Virus record (IMG/VR): IMGVR_UViG_3300025536_000005 | Span: 1-38,668 of that record | Direction: 5' to 3' (one strand) | DNA from: a virus | Length of the DNA stretch: 38,668 nucleotides | In this document: positions 15,498 through 22,421 of the stretch, in pieces | Layout: every line of letters starts with the position of its first letter | How positions within the stretch are numbered: position 1 is the first letter of the stretch | The notes under the pieces: generated by a model | Seen by the model: the letters and a program-made list of their open reading frames with translations, nothing else | Told to the model about the DNA's origin: nothing | Database searches by the model: none | Translations under genes and position numbers: made by a program

Positions 15498-16333
15498 GAC
15501 CCGCCCCCTTCTGATTGCTCGGACGCAAGCGGGTTCGGGACGTTGCCCAGCCCGTAGCAAGTCGTGCAGGCGTTCTTCCATGTGCGGCCCAGGCCTATTG
15601 CATCTGGGTATCCGTCGCCGGCGCAATCGGGGCATGTGATGGTGGCGGCGACGGCTGTGCCGAACACGTCCTCGGCATCGGAAAGGAACCGGGCGCAAGC
15701 CTTGGAACCGTTTTCGTGCGCAGCGATGATGCGGCGAATCCAGATCGGCTCCGTTCCAAACTCGTCAGCAAGATCGGCGGCGGTCGGTGCGTCTTCGCCC
15801 TTGAAGTATCGCTCGGCAATTTGGGCCGTTAGACGGCGTGTCGGCTCCGAGTACCCGCGAGGATGGATCGGGTTTTCTTCGTCGCCGGTGTTGGACAGAC
15901 GATCTCCACCCTCCGCCGCTTCTGACCCCTCCGATACTTGGGGGTTGTTGGAGAGGGCGGCGGCGAGGTGGCGGAGTGCGTCTTCGTGCCGTTCGTGGGC
16001 CTTGCTCTGAATAGCCGTGCCCTCGTGATCGGCGCGAGCCTGTCGGAGTGCGTCGCGTGTCAGCACCACGGCCTCCGCCGCCCCCCGTAGCTCTGACTGC
16101 TGGGATTGGGTGTGGTTGATCCAGTGGCGGGCTTGTTCGTCAAGTACGCCGACAAGATCAACGGCTTCGTCTTCGTTCTCCGCATGAGCGACAACCTTGC
16201 GCGGTCGGAGCGTGACCTGCCACTCCGGGTCGTTTGGCAGCAGGATTGCGTAGTAGAACTCGCCTTCGACCAAACCGACGGGCTTGATCTTCGCCGCCTT
16301 GTCACCCTCGATGCGTTCGTTCTTCTCACTCAT
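15494..16333 (-). CDS. Hypothetical 279-aa protein with C-terminal DnaJ-type zinc finger (CPDCAGDG ... CTTCYGLG)
   Basis: Start MSEKNERIE at 16333 (ATGAGTGA overlap). Contains two CxxCxGxG motifs. Confidence 0.65.
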   Translation of the reverse strand: MSEKNERIEGDKAAKIKPVGLVEGEFYYAILLPNDPEWQVTLRPRKVVAHAENEDEAVDLVGVLDEQARHWINHTQSQQSELRGAAEAVVLTRDALRQARADHEGTAIQSKAHERHEDALRHLAAALSNNPQVSEGSEAAEGGDRLSNTGDEENPIHPRGYSEPTRRLTAQIAERYFKGEDAPTAADLADEFGTEPIWIRRIIAAHENGSKACARFLSDAEDVFGTAVAATITCPDCAGDGYPDAIGLGRTWKNACTTCYGLGNVPNPLASEQSEGGGS

Positions 16334-16514
16334 GGTCAGGCTCCCAAATCGGAATTGGCGAGACCAGAACCTTGACCACGGCATAGCGGCGAAGTCCTCG
16401 CTTGGACTTCTCGACGTAGTGGTGCGGCCCGTCTTTGTCGCCGCCAACGGCAAGCCAGCGGTTGTGTGCGCCTCTTGCGGTGAAGTGACGGCCGACGATC
16501 TCGGTTGTGTTCAC
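16326..16514 (-). CDS. Hypothetical 62-aa protein
   Basis: GTG start preceded by GGAGG. GTGA overlap with the upstream micro-ORF. Confidence 0.5.
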   Translation of the reverse strand: MNTTEIVGRHFTARGAHNRWLAVGGDKDGPHHYVEKSKRGLRRYAVVKVLVSPIPIWEPDHE

Positions 16515-16636
16515 GACTTGCCTCCAATCCAGAACACGGGCTTACGGTGGAGCAAACAGATCGCCCCGTCGCCAAACAGGAGCCACGCCATAAGACATTC
16601 GATGCAATGGGTTGGCTTGTACTCACTCACTCCCAT
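16511..16636 (-). CDS. Micro-ORF, 41 aa (MGVSEYKPTHCIECLMAWLLFGDGAICLLHRKPVFWIGGKS), not in the ORF track
   Basis: ATG at 16636 lies 10 nt upstream of the preceding stop. It ends in a GTGA overlap with the next gene. GC3 is higher than in the competing frame. Confidence 0.4.
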   Translation of the reverse strand: MGVSEYKPTHCIECLMAWLLFGDGAICLLHRKPVFWIGGKS

Positions 16637-16805
16637 CACCTGCTTCTGGGGTGGCGGCGAGCTTTTCGACCTCACGGGAAAGCCGTCCGATCTCGTTGTG
16701 CATCGCCCTCATGACTTGCCACGCGGCGTACTTCCATGAGTCGTCGTCAGACTGGTTCGTCCAGCCGAGTGTGTCGATTGCGTTCTGCAACTGGTTACTC
16801 ATCAT
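16623..16805 (-). CDS. Hypothetical 60-aa helical protein
   Basis: MMSNQLQNAIDTLGW...REVEKLAATPEAGDGSE. The start overlaps the upstream TAA. Confidence 0.55.
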   Translation of the reverse strand: MMSNQLQNAIDTLGWTNQSDDDSWKYAAWQVMRAMHNEIGRLSREVEKLAATPEAGDGSE

Positions 16806-17196
16806 CCCCGTCCTCTCTGGTGGTGGGGTTGGCGGCGAGGGCTTTGGCGTAGGCGGCTTCCATCGCCAGTTCTTCTTGTGTCGGTTCTGCTCCGTCGATC
16901 TTCCTCGCGACGGCGCGAAGGGCGATTGCAGCGAAGTCGGTGCTGACCAAGCCAAGGCCGTCGGGGTGCTTGAGTCCGTCTGCGACCGTCCGCAAACGAT
17001 TCGCCGCATCCCGCCCCCGTTCTTCTGCTTGGGATTGGATGCGGGCTGCCTGTGTGTCGATGAAGGCGATTGCAGCTTTCGCCGCGTCCTCTGCGGCCTC
17101 TGGCGGCGCACCGCACATGAAAACGAACTCGCCGTTGCTGAAAACCGAGCCGTTCTCGATGGTCAGGTTCAACCCCGTCTGTGTGTTGGGGGTCAT
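16795..17196 (-). CDS. Hypothetical 133-aa protein
   Basis: Start MTPNTQTGL in an ATGA overlap. GC3-rich. Confidence 0.6.
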   Translation of the reverse strand: MTPNTQTGLNLTIENGSVFSNGEFVFMCGAPPEAAEDAAKAAIAFIDTQAARIQSQAEERGRDAANRLRTVADGLKHPDGLGLVSTDFAAIALRAVARKIDGAEPTQEELAMEAAYAKALAANPTTREDGDDE

Positions 17197-18212
17197 TGGT
17201 TCTCTCCGTTCTTGGGATTGGCGGCGAAGATGTCGGCCAAATCTTCGGCCAAATCTTCGATGTCCGTGTAATGCACGTCGCTCAATCTGGGCCTTCGCAA
17301 GCACCATCCGTCGCCTGTTCGCAAAATCGTCGCCTTCACACCATCGTTCCCTGCGGGTTGGGTCACGTACTGCTCGGTGCAGTTGTCGATGAGGGTTTTT
17401 AGCTCGGCGGCGAAGTCCCCCGCGATGTTCCCGCAGCGATCTAGGGCGCGGTCGTACTCGCTCCACGGTCGCGGCTTGGGTGCGCGTCGCCAATCCGCCG
17501 CTAACCGCTCCAACCGTTCACGAAACATGTCCAGCTCAAAGATCGTTCCGGTTGGCTTCGGGCCTTCTGGGGTGGGGTTGGTGGCGGCGGGGGGATTCAG
17601 CTTTCGTGTGAGGGTCAAAATCTGTTCCACGTTCAATCGCCGCGTCGTTCGAGAAACGTTGTCGGGAGCCTCGCGCACGTACTCATTGGCCAACGCTTCG
17701 GCCAACATGCACAAATGCAAAACGTCCAATTTCTCCGCCGCCACATCACCCCTTTCCCCTTCGGAGGAGGCTTCTAGGGCTTGGGTGAGCGTCGGGGCAT
17801 TTGCGAACTCGGACACCGCGTAGGCGTCGTCATCGCACTCCGGATACAGCAGTACACCGCCGTCCAGATATTCAACCTTGAACCCCGCGCCGTCCGTTCT
17901 GTGTGGCTCGGCGGGAGTCTCGGCCACCCGCGCCGCCAACTCATCAATCCTCCGCCGCTCATCTGCTCTTGCTTGTTGCTTGACCTGATCGAGCGCGTGA
18001 ACGATCCATCGAGCGTTTGCGAGGCCGCAGTTGACGTAGCCACGGGGAGCAAGCGTGATCGTGCCCACACGGTCGTCCAGGGCTTCGTCGCCACTTCCGA
18101 AGCGCCACGTTGTACCGCCGATGTGGTGGGCGGCGAAGTGGTCGCCTTCAACGTCCAGTTCTCGGCTTTCGGGGGTGTTGGCTTTCACAAAGTCATTCGA
18201 TGGGGTGGTCAT
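17193..18212 (-). CDS. Hypothetical 339-aa protein (possibly a fusion of two ancestral small genes)
   Basis: Long GC3-rich frame with a GAGGA SD. An internal boundary-box copy sits at 17561-17600. Confidence 0.7.
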   Translation of the reverse strand: MTTPSNDFVKANTPESRELDVEGDHFAAHHIGGTTWRFGSGDEALDDRVGTITLAPRGYVNCGLANARWIVHALDQVKQQARADERRRIDELAARVAETPAEPHRTDGAGFKVEYLDGGVLLYPECDDDAYAVSEFANAPTLTQALEASSEGERGDVAAEKLDVLHLCMLAEALANEYVREAPDNVSRTTRRLNVEQILTLTRKLNPPAATNPTPEGPKPTGTIFELDMFRERLERLAADWRRAPKPRPWSEYDRALDRCGNIAGDFAAELKTLIDNCTEQYVTQPAGNDGVKATILRTGDGWCLRRPRLSDVHYTDIEDLAEDLADIFAANPKNGENQ

Positions 18213-18215
18213 CGC

Positions 18216-18389
18216 TCAGTCCTCGCGGTCGTCGTAGTCAGGCTCGATGTACTGGAAGTCACAGCTCTCGTCCTCGCACTTGCCGGCGTCGTCTATGTAG
18301 TCGCCGCACTTGGGGCAGACTTCGGGATCGGGTGGGCCTTGGGTTTTCCATGCGTCGTAGGAGGCGGGCATACGGATGGGGTCGCTCAT
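18216..18389 (-). CDS. Acidic Zn-ribbon-like micro-protein, 57 aa (MSDPIRMPASYDAWKTQGPPDPEVCPKCGDYIDDAGKCEDESCDFQYIEPDYDDRED), not in the ORF track
   Basis: AAAGGAAGC SD with very high GC3. It overlaps the GC3-poor tail of 18259..18699. Confidence 0.6.
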   Translation of the reverse strand: MSDPIRMPASYDAWKTQGPPDPEVCPKCGDYIDDAGKCEDESCDFQYIEPDYDDRED

Positions 18390-18699
18390 TGGTTGCTTCC
18401 TTTAGTTGGGCGGCGAGGGATTCCAGCCTTTGGTATGTGTAGTGGTAGGTCGCGTACTCAGCGCCCTTGGCGTTCAAGTCAAGCTCGCGTTCCTTCGCCG
18501 CCGCCGCTTCAACCATCTCCACAACTTCTTCAAGCGTCTGCTCTCGGATGGATTGGATGGTGGCGGCGAGGTTGTTCAGGTCGCGGGAAACGCCAGCGAG
18601 GTCAATCGCCTGCGGTTGCTTCGCCGCTACATCCACAACTGCTGAAAGCCTTTTCAGTTCGTCGGCAATCCGGTCGCCGCTCAATGCCTTCTCACTCAT
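18259..18699 (-). CDS. Hypothetical helical protein; the last ~43 codons look like read-through after loss of the ancestral stop
   Basis: MSEKALSGD.... The frame is GC3-rich up to ...LAAQLKEATNE, followed by a CGA-rich, Arg-rich tail. Confidence 0.6.
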   Translation of the reverse strand: MSEKALSGDRIADELKRLSAVVDVAAKQPQAIDLAGVSRDLNNLAATIQSIREQTLEEVVEMVEAAAAKERELDLNAKGAEYATYHYTYQRLESLAAQLKEATNERPHPYARLLRRMENPRPTRSRSLPQVRRLHRRRRQVRGREL

Positions 18700-18998
18700 G
18701 CCTCAGGGGTTCCTTTCTGGGTGGTGACGCAGTCGGGCGAACAGTGAAAAGTCCAATGTCCGCGTGGGCATATCCCCGTCAGCGACAGGAAGTTTTCAAG
18801 CGTCAACTTTCCCGCGAAAACATCGGACGCCTCTTGAAGTTGGGCGCGAAGTGTGCGACCGTCGAAGTCACTCCAATCGCCACGCCACGCGGAGCCGAGC
18901 AAGCACAAAGCCTCTTGCCCCGCCGCCACAACTTCCACATCCAAGTCCTTCACCACTTCCACACCATCTGACATTTCCTTACCTCCTGGGGTGGTCAT
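18696..18998 (-). CDS. Hypothetical 100-aa protein (alternative start MSDGVEV at 18974)
   Basis: ATGA overlaps at both ends. GGAGGTAAGGAA lies upstream of the second ATG. Confidence 0.55.
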   Translation of the reverse strand: MTTPGGKEMSDGVEVVKDLDVEVVAAGQEALCLLGSAWRGDWSDFDGRTLRAQLQEASDVFAGKLTLENFLSLTGICPRGHWTFHCSPDCVTTQKGTPEA

Positions 18999-19636
18999 GC
19001 CGCAGTCCTCGATTCCTCGGCCGGCTGGATTCGGTCACGAAGCTCGGCCAGGGCTTCGTCACGGTTGGTGGGGTCGACGGGTTCGGCGAGCTCAAGTTCC
19101 TCGCGCGCGACTACAGCTGTAGAAGTTGCAGTGATGGGTAAAGAATCTTTTGGTTGTGGAGATTCGTAAGACGAAGACGAAGTAGAAGACGAAGGGCTTG
19201 GATTCTGCTGGCCGTTTGCTTCAAGCGAATCCGAAGCACTGCTACCCCCTCTGCTTGCAGCCGATGCCTGTCCGCCCTTGCGTCCGGCTTCGGCTTTTGC
19301 CGCTCTGTAAGCGATTTGTTTGGCCCGCTCTTCCTCCATGCGGGGATTGACGTACTTGTCTGGAAGTGCAAAAAATTTCGGCAAAAGCTCTGGCCAAATG
19401 CGTGAGAATTTGTGGGGGCTTATTCCCAAAATCCTTCGAATCTTTTTCTCATCAAGCGGAATTCCGATGTTGATCCAGGCATAGCCGAGCAGCGTGATGT
19501 AAGCGCCGCGTTCTTCGAGGGTCATGTCTGCCGTGTCATTCAAGAAGTCTCCGAAGTAGAACTGGACTGCGGGTGCCTCGTACACGCTCACGCCCCCCGC
19601 TCGAACGGCCATGTCGCGCCCTTGGATGAGTTGCAC
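18995..19636 (-). CDS. DUF1376-family protein (phage replication-associated / replisome-organizer-like)
   Basis: FYFGDFLNDTADMTLEERGAYITLLGYAW matches the DUF1376 signature. Codon usage is atypically AT-rich, with a Ser-rich linker. Confidence 0.65.
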   Translation of the reverse strand: MQLIQGRDMAVRAGGVSVYEAPAVQFYFGDFLNDTADMTLEERGAYITLLGYAWINIGIPLDEKKIRRILGISPHKFSRIWPELLPKFFALPDKYVNPRMEEERAKQIAYRAAKAEAGRKGGQASAASRGGSSASDSLEANGQQNPSPSSSTSSSSYESPQPKDSLPITATSTAVVAREELELAEPVDPTNRDEALAELRDRIQPAEESRTAA

Positions 19637-20100
19637 GACTTGCAGGCTGGCCGCAAGTTCGCTGGCCAGAGCGACCCGCCGGCGGCGATCGGCTTCACGT
19701 GGTCAATCGCCTCGTACGGCTTCTTGCGGCAGATCCAGCAGAGTCCGCCGTAGAACGCCACCCGCCACGCGATCTGCTCCGGCGTGGCGAATCCCGACGC
19801 CGCCTCAATGCGGCTCTTGCGGTTGAGTTGCCAACAGCCGAATCCGATCTTGACGAACCGCATGCTCACCACGAAGTGCCGTTTGTTTTCGCGAATCAAT
19901 CGCGTGCGCACAAGCCGACGGGTGAGCTCGTCCAGGTCGTCGCCGCGCGTCCAGTCGCGAACCACCGTGTGCGGTACGCGGCTCTCGCGCCTTTGCGAGC
20001 ACCACGCGACCATACGGAGATAGAGATTCGCCGCGTCTTCACCAACGTCCAGAACCTCTGGGCGTTCAAAGAACTGATCGTCCACCTTGAACCAGCCCAC
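19588..20100 (-). CDS. HNH endonuclease domain protein
   Basis: C-terminal CWICRKKPYEAIDHVKPIAAGGSLWPANLRPACKSCNSSKG. Confidence 0.8.
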   Translation of the reverse strand: MGWFKVDDQFFERPEVLDVGEDAANLYLRMVAWCSQRRESRVPHTVVRDWTRGDDLDELTRRLVRTRLIRENKRHFVVSMRFVKIGFGCWQLNRKSRIEAASGFATPEQIAWRVAFYGGLCWICRKKPYEAIDHVKPIAAGGSLWPANLRPACKSCNSSKGATWPFERGA

Positions 20101-20102
20101 GC

Positions 20103-20459
20103 CTACGCCCCCATGCCCCGCGACTCGTACGACGTCTGTGCTCGGAGTAGCGATTGTCCGATGGTCGCGCGAGCGATCAGCGACTTCTGTGCGAGTGCCA
20201 GACCCTCGTAGGCGGCCTCCGCTTGGACGAACTCGCGGTAGAGGTCGGTGTTCTCGATCTGCAGGAGCGCCTGCGCGTTGCGGGCGTCTGAGTTCTTGCC
20301 GTCGGCTTCGAGTAGTGCCTGCGCCCGCGCTACGTCGCGCTCGCGCTTGAGGCCGAAGTAGGCGGTGGCTGCTCCCGAAAGCTCGCGTTCGTTTTCTTCG
20401 AGCTGCGATTCGACTTCGGCCAGACGTTCCATGACCTGCTGCGGAGAGAGAAGGGTCAC
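20103..20459 (-). CDS. Hypothetical coiled-coil protein (118 aa)
   Basis: GC3-rich. ATGA overlap upstream. Confidence 0.6.
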   Translation of the reverse strand: MTLLSPQQVMERLAEVESQLEENERELSGAATAYFGLKRERDVARAQALLEADGKNSDARNAQALLQIENTDLYREFVQAEAAYEGLALAQKSLIARATIGQSLLRAQTSYESRGMGA

Positions 20460-20689
20460 GCGCGCACCGGCTTTTCGTGCCTGACGTCGAGGGTCACTTC
20501 ACCGGCCAGGACTTCGCCGGGGTCGAGCCGGTCGCCGCTCCGGCGCTCACGCACGACCACGCTGCCGTCGATCGCCGCGTAGTTCTCGATGAAGCAGCCG
20601 AAGCACCAGAGCTCGGGGTCGCCGTCGTTGCCGGGTAGCCAGTCGATCACGGCGTCGCGGTTGCAGTTGTTGCAGGTGGCGCTCGTCAT
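20456..20689 (-). CDS. Zn-ribbon protein (77 aa; CNNCN ... CFGCF)
   Basis: ATGA overlaps at both ends. Confidence 0.6.
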   Translation of the reverse strand: MTSATCNNCNRDAVIDWLPGNDGDPELWCFGCFIENYAAIDGSVVVRERRSGDRLDPGEVLAGEVTLDVRHEKPVRA

Positions 20690-21498
20690 GTGCGCACCGC
20701 CAACGACTGGACCTGCTCGATCTTCACGCCGGGGATTTCGAGCTGCGACGGATCGCTGTGCTGACGGATCACCTTGGCGATCGCCTTCTCGTCAACGATC
20801 AGGTACTCGCGGGGCACTTGCATCGGATCGGTGATCGTGTGCTTCCACGTCTTGCGCACCGATGCGCTTGCGCCGTTGTCGGCCTTGATGGTCGACGCCT
20901 GCTTGAGCGGTTCGACGGCCGGCGCGACGGTCTTGACTTCGGCGGCGACCGCGAGGTTGCGTTCTGCGACCTTGGCCGCGGCCTCGTTGCCGGACGCCTC
21001 GGCCTCTGCCAATTGCTGCGCGGCTTCGGCTGCGATCTTGCGCTGACGCTCGTCTTCGAGTTCCTGCTGACGCTGACGCTCGGCTTCGATGCGAGCGTTC
21101 TCTGCGTCGATCTCGGCCTGCACCTTGGCGCGGTAGTCGAGGATCTTCGGCTCGAGCACGGCGCGCGCGTCGGTCAGCGGCTGGATGATCGCCTTGAAGT
21201 AGGCGTCGATCTCCTTGCCCCACTTGATGATCGGGGCTTTGAGTTCCTTGCGCCGCGCCTCGGCCTCTTTTGCGAACCGCGTCAGGTCGCCGATGCACTC
21301 GGCGGCTTCGGTCGCGTCGGCTTCGGTGGCGATCTCCATCGTGTGTGCGGCTTCGATGTACGGGTTGATGGTCACCGCGCGTTCGGCGCGTTCGTGCTCG
21401 AGCTTCTGCGGCTCGACGATCTCGACCTGGGCCGGCGGCGGCGGAGCTGCCGCGGCCGTGGCGCTTGCCGCGCCTGCTTTCTGGAATTCGTCGGTCAT
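20686..21498 (-). CDS. Siphovirus Gp157-like coiled-coil protein (270 aa)
   Basis: Start MTDEFQKAG at 21498 in an ATGA overlap. The C-terminus VRKTWKHTITDPMQVPREYLIVDEKAIAKVIRQ...IPGVKIEQVQSLAVRT resembles the Gp157 family end, from memory. The upstream 220 aa of track ORF 20686..22161 are out-of-frame junk. Confidence 0.5.
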   Translation of the reverse strand: MTDEFQKAGAASATAAAAPPPPAQVEIVEPQKLEHERAERAVTINPYIEAAHTMEIATEADATEAAECIGDLTRFAKEAEARRKELKAPIIKWGKEIDAYFKAIIQPLTDARAVLEPKILDYRAKVQAEIDAENARIEAERQRQQELEDERQRKIAAEAAQQLAEAEASGNEAAAKVAERNLAVAAEVKTVAPAVEPLKQASTIKADNGASASVRKTWKHTITDPMQVPREYLIVDEKAIAKVIRQHSDPSQLEIPGVKIEQVQSLAVRT

Positions 21499-22376
21499 GC
21501 TGCAACCTCCACGGGTGTCGGCGCAGAGATCGCGAAGTTGCGGTACTGGCCATTGAGGGAAACGGTCAGGTCGAAGGGCTTGCCGACAAGTGCGGCCAGC
21601 GATCCTCCTACGGGCGGCTCGATGCCGCCGCAGATGTGCTCGACGAACTGCTTGTAGTCGGGTCGCCCCGGTTCGAGCCAGAGCTTTTCGCCTGCGTCCT
21701 GTTTGTTGGGGTTGGTGTTGGCGACGCCAGCGATCAGGACGATCTTGTCCTTGCCCTTGGCGTTCACCCATGAGGCGTCGCGGACGGTGGCCGAGAATGG
21801 AGCGCCTTCGGGCAGGACGCCCATCTGTAGGTTGTCCTCGGGTCGCGAACCACCACCGAGGCTGTCGCCGTCGTGAGGGATCTCTTCGGCAGCGGTCGCC
21901 TCGAAGCCGGCCAGCTTCACAACGAACCCGAGCGGGCCGCGAAGGGCTCGCGAGATCGCGCGGGTCTGGGCCATGCCGAGCAGCGCGTAGTCGGGGCGAG
22001 AGTTCCACGTCGACTCGTCGCGCGAGCAGATCGCATCGGCGCGACCGATCACGCGGCCGTCCATCGTCCTGGCCTCGGCTGTTGCCATCCAGCCGTTGCC
22101 GATATTCTCGGTGTGCGTTACCACGCCCGACACGCCGACCATTGAGCCGAGCGTCTGCCACCCCTCGACGTTGACGTATTCCTTGCGCTGGATGTTGGCG
22201 ATCATGCCGCCGCCCCGTAACACGTCGGTCAGAGCTGACGCGACTTCCTTCGCCTTCTCAAGTGACTCGACTGGATCGGTGGCGAACAAGTTGCCCGCGG
22301 GTGCCACGGCTACTGCCGTGCCTACCTCGACTTCCGGCATTTCGACCACTTCAGCATCTACGATTGTTTCATTCAT
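21495..22376 (-). CDS. Putative ssDNA-annealing / recombination protein (ERF/Rad52-like signature)
   Basis: KEYVNVEGWQTLG...DYALLGMAQTRAISRALRGPLGF resembles the conserved SSAP C-terminal helix. Sits next to the Gp157-like gene. Confidence 0.4.
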   Translation of the reverse strand: MNETIVDAEVVEMPEVEVGTAVAVAPAGNLFATDPVESLEKAKEVASALTDVLRGGGMIANIQRKEYVNVEGWQTLGSMVGVSGVVTHTENIGNGWMATAEARTMDGRVIGRADAICSRDESTWNSRPDYALLGMAQTRAISRALRGPLGFVVKLAGFEATAAEEIPHDGDSLGGGSRPEDNLQMGVLPEGAPFSATVRDASWVNAKGKDKIVLIAGVANTNPNKQDAGEKLWLEPGRPDYKQFVEHICGGIEPPVGGSLAALVGKPFDLTVSLNGQYRNFAISAPTPVEVAA

Positions 22377-22421
22377 TTTCGAGTCCTCCTACGACTCGGG
22401 GGTGGACAGAGAAGCCGCGAC

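Noticed and set aside
19168-19197. Hexamer tandem repeat as a CRISPR-like or satellite array
   Set aside because: There are only five imperfect 6-nt units, lying in frame within a gene where they encode a Ser-rich linker. There are no spacers and no repeat-spacer architecture anywhere in the window.
21499-22161. N-terminal 221 aa of track ORF 20686..22161 (and similar N-terminal extensions of 8802..9560, 23481..24155, 13912..14877, 15177..15698, 16623..17111 and 16795..17493)
   Set aside because: The extensions are Arg-rich and GC3-poor and overlap the upstream genes. In each case the internal ATG/GTG sits in an ATGA/GTGA overlap or behind a Shine-Dalgarno box.
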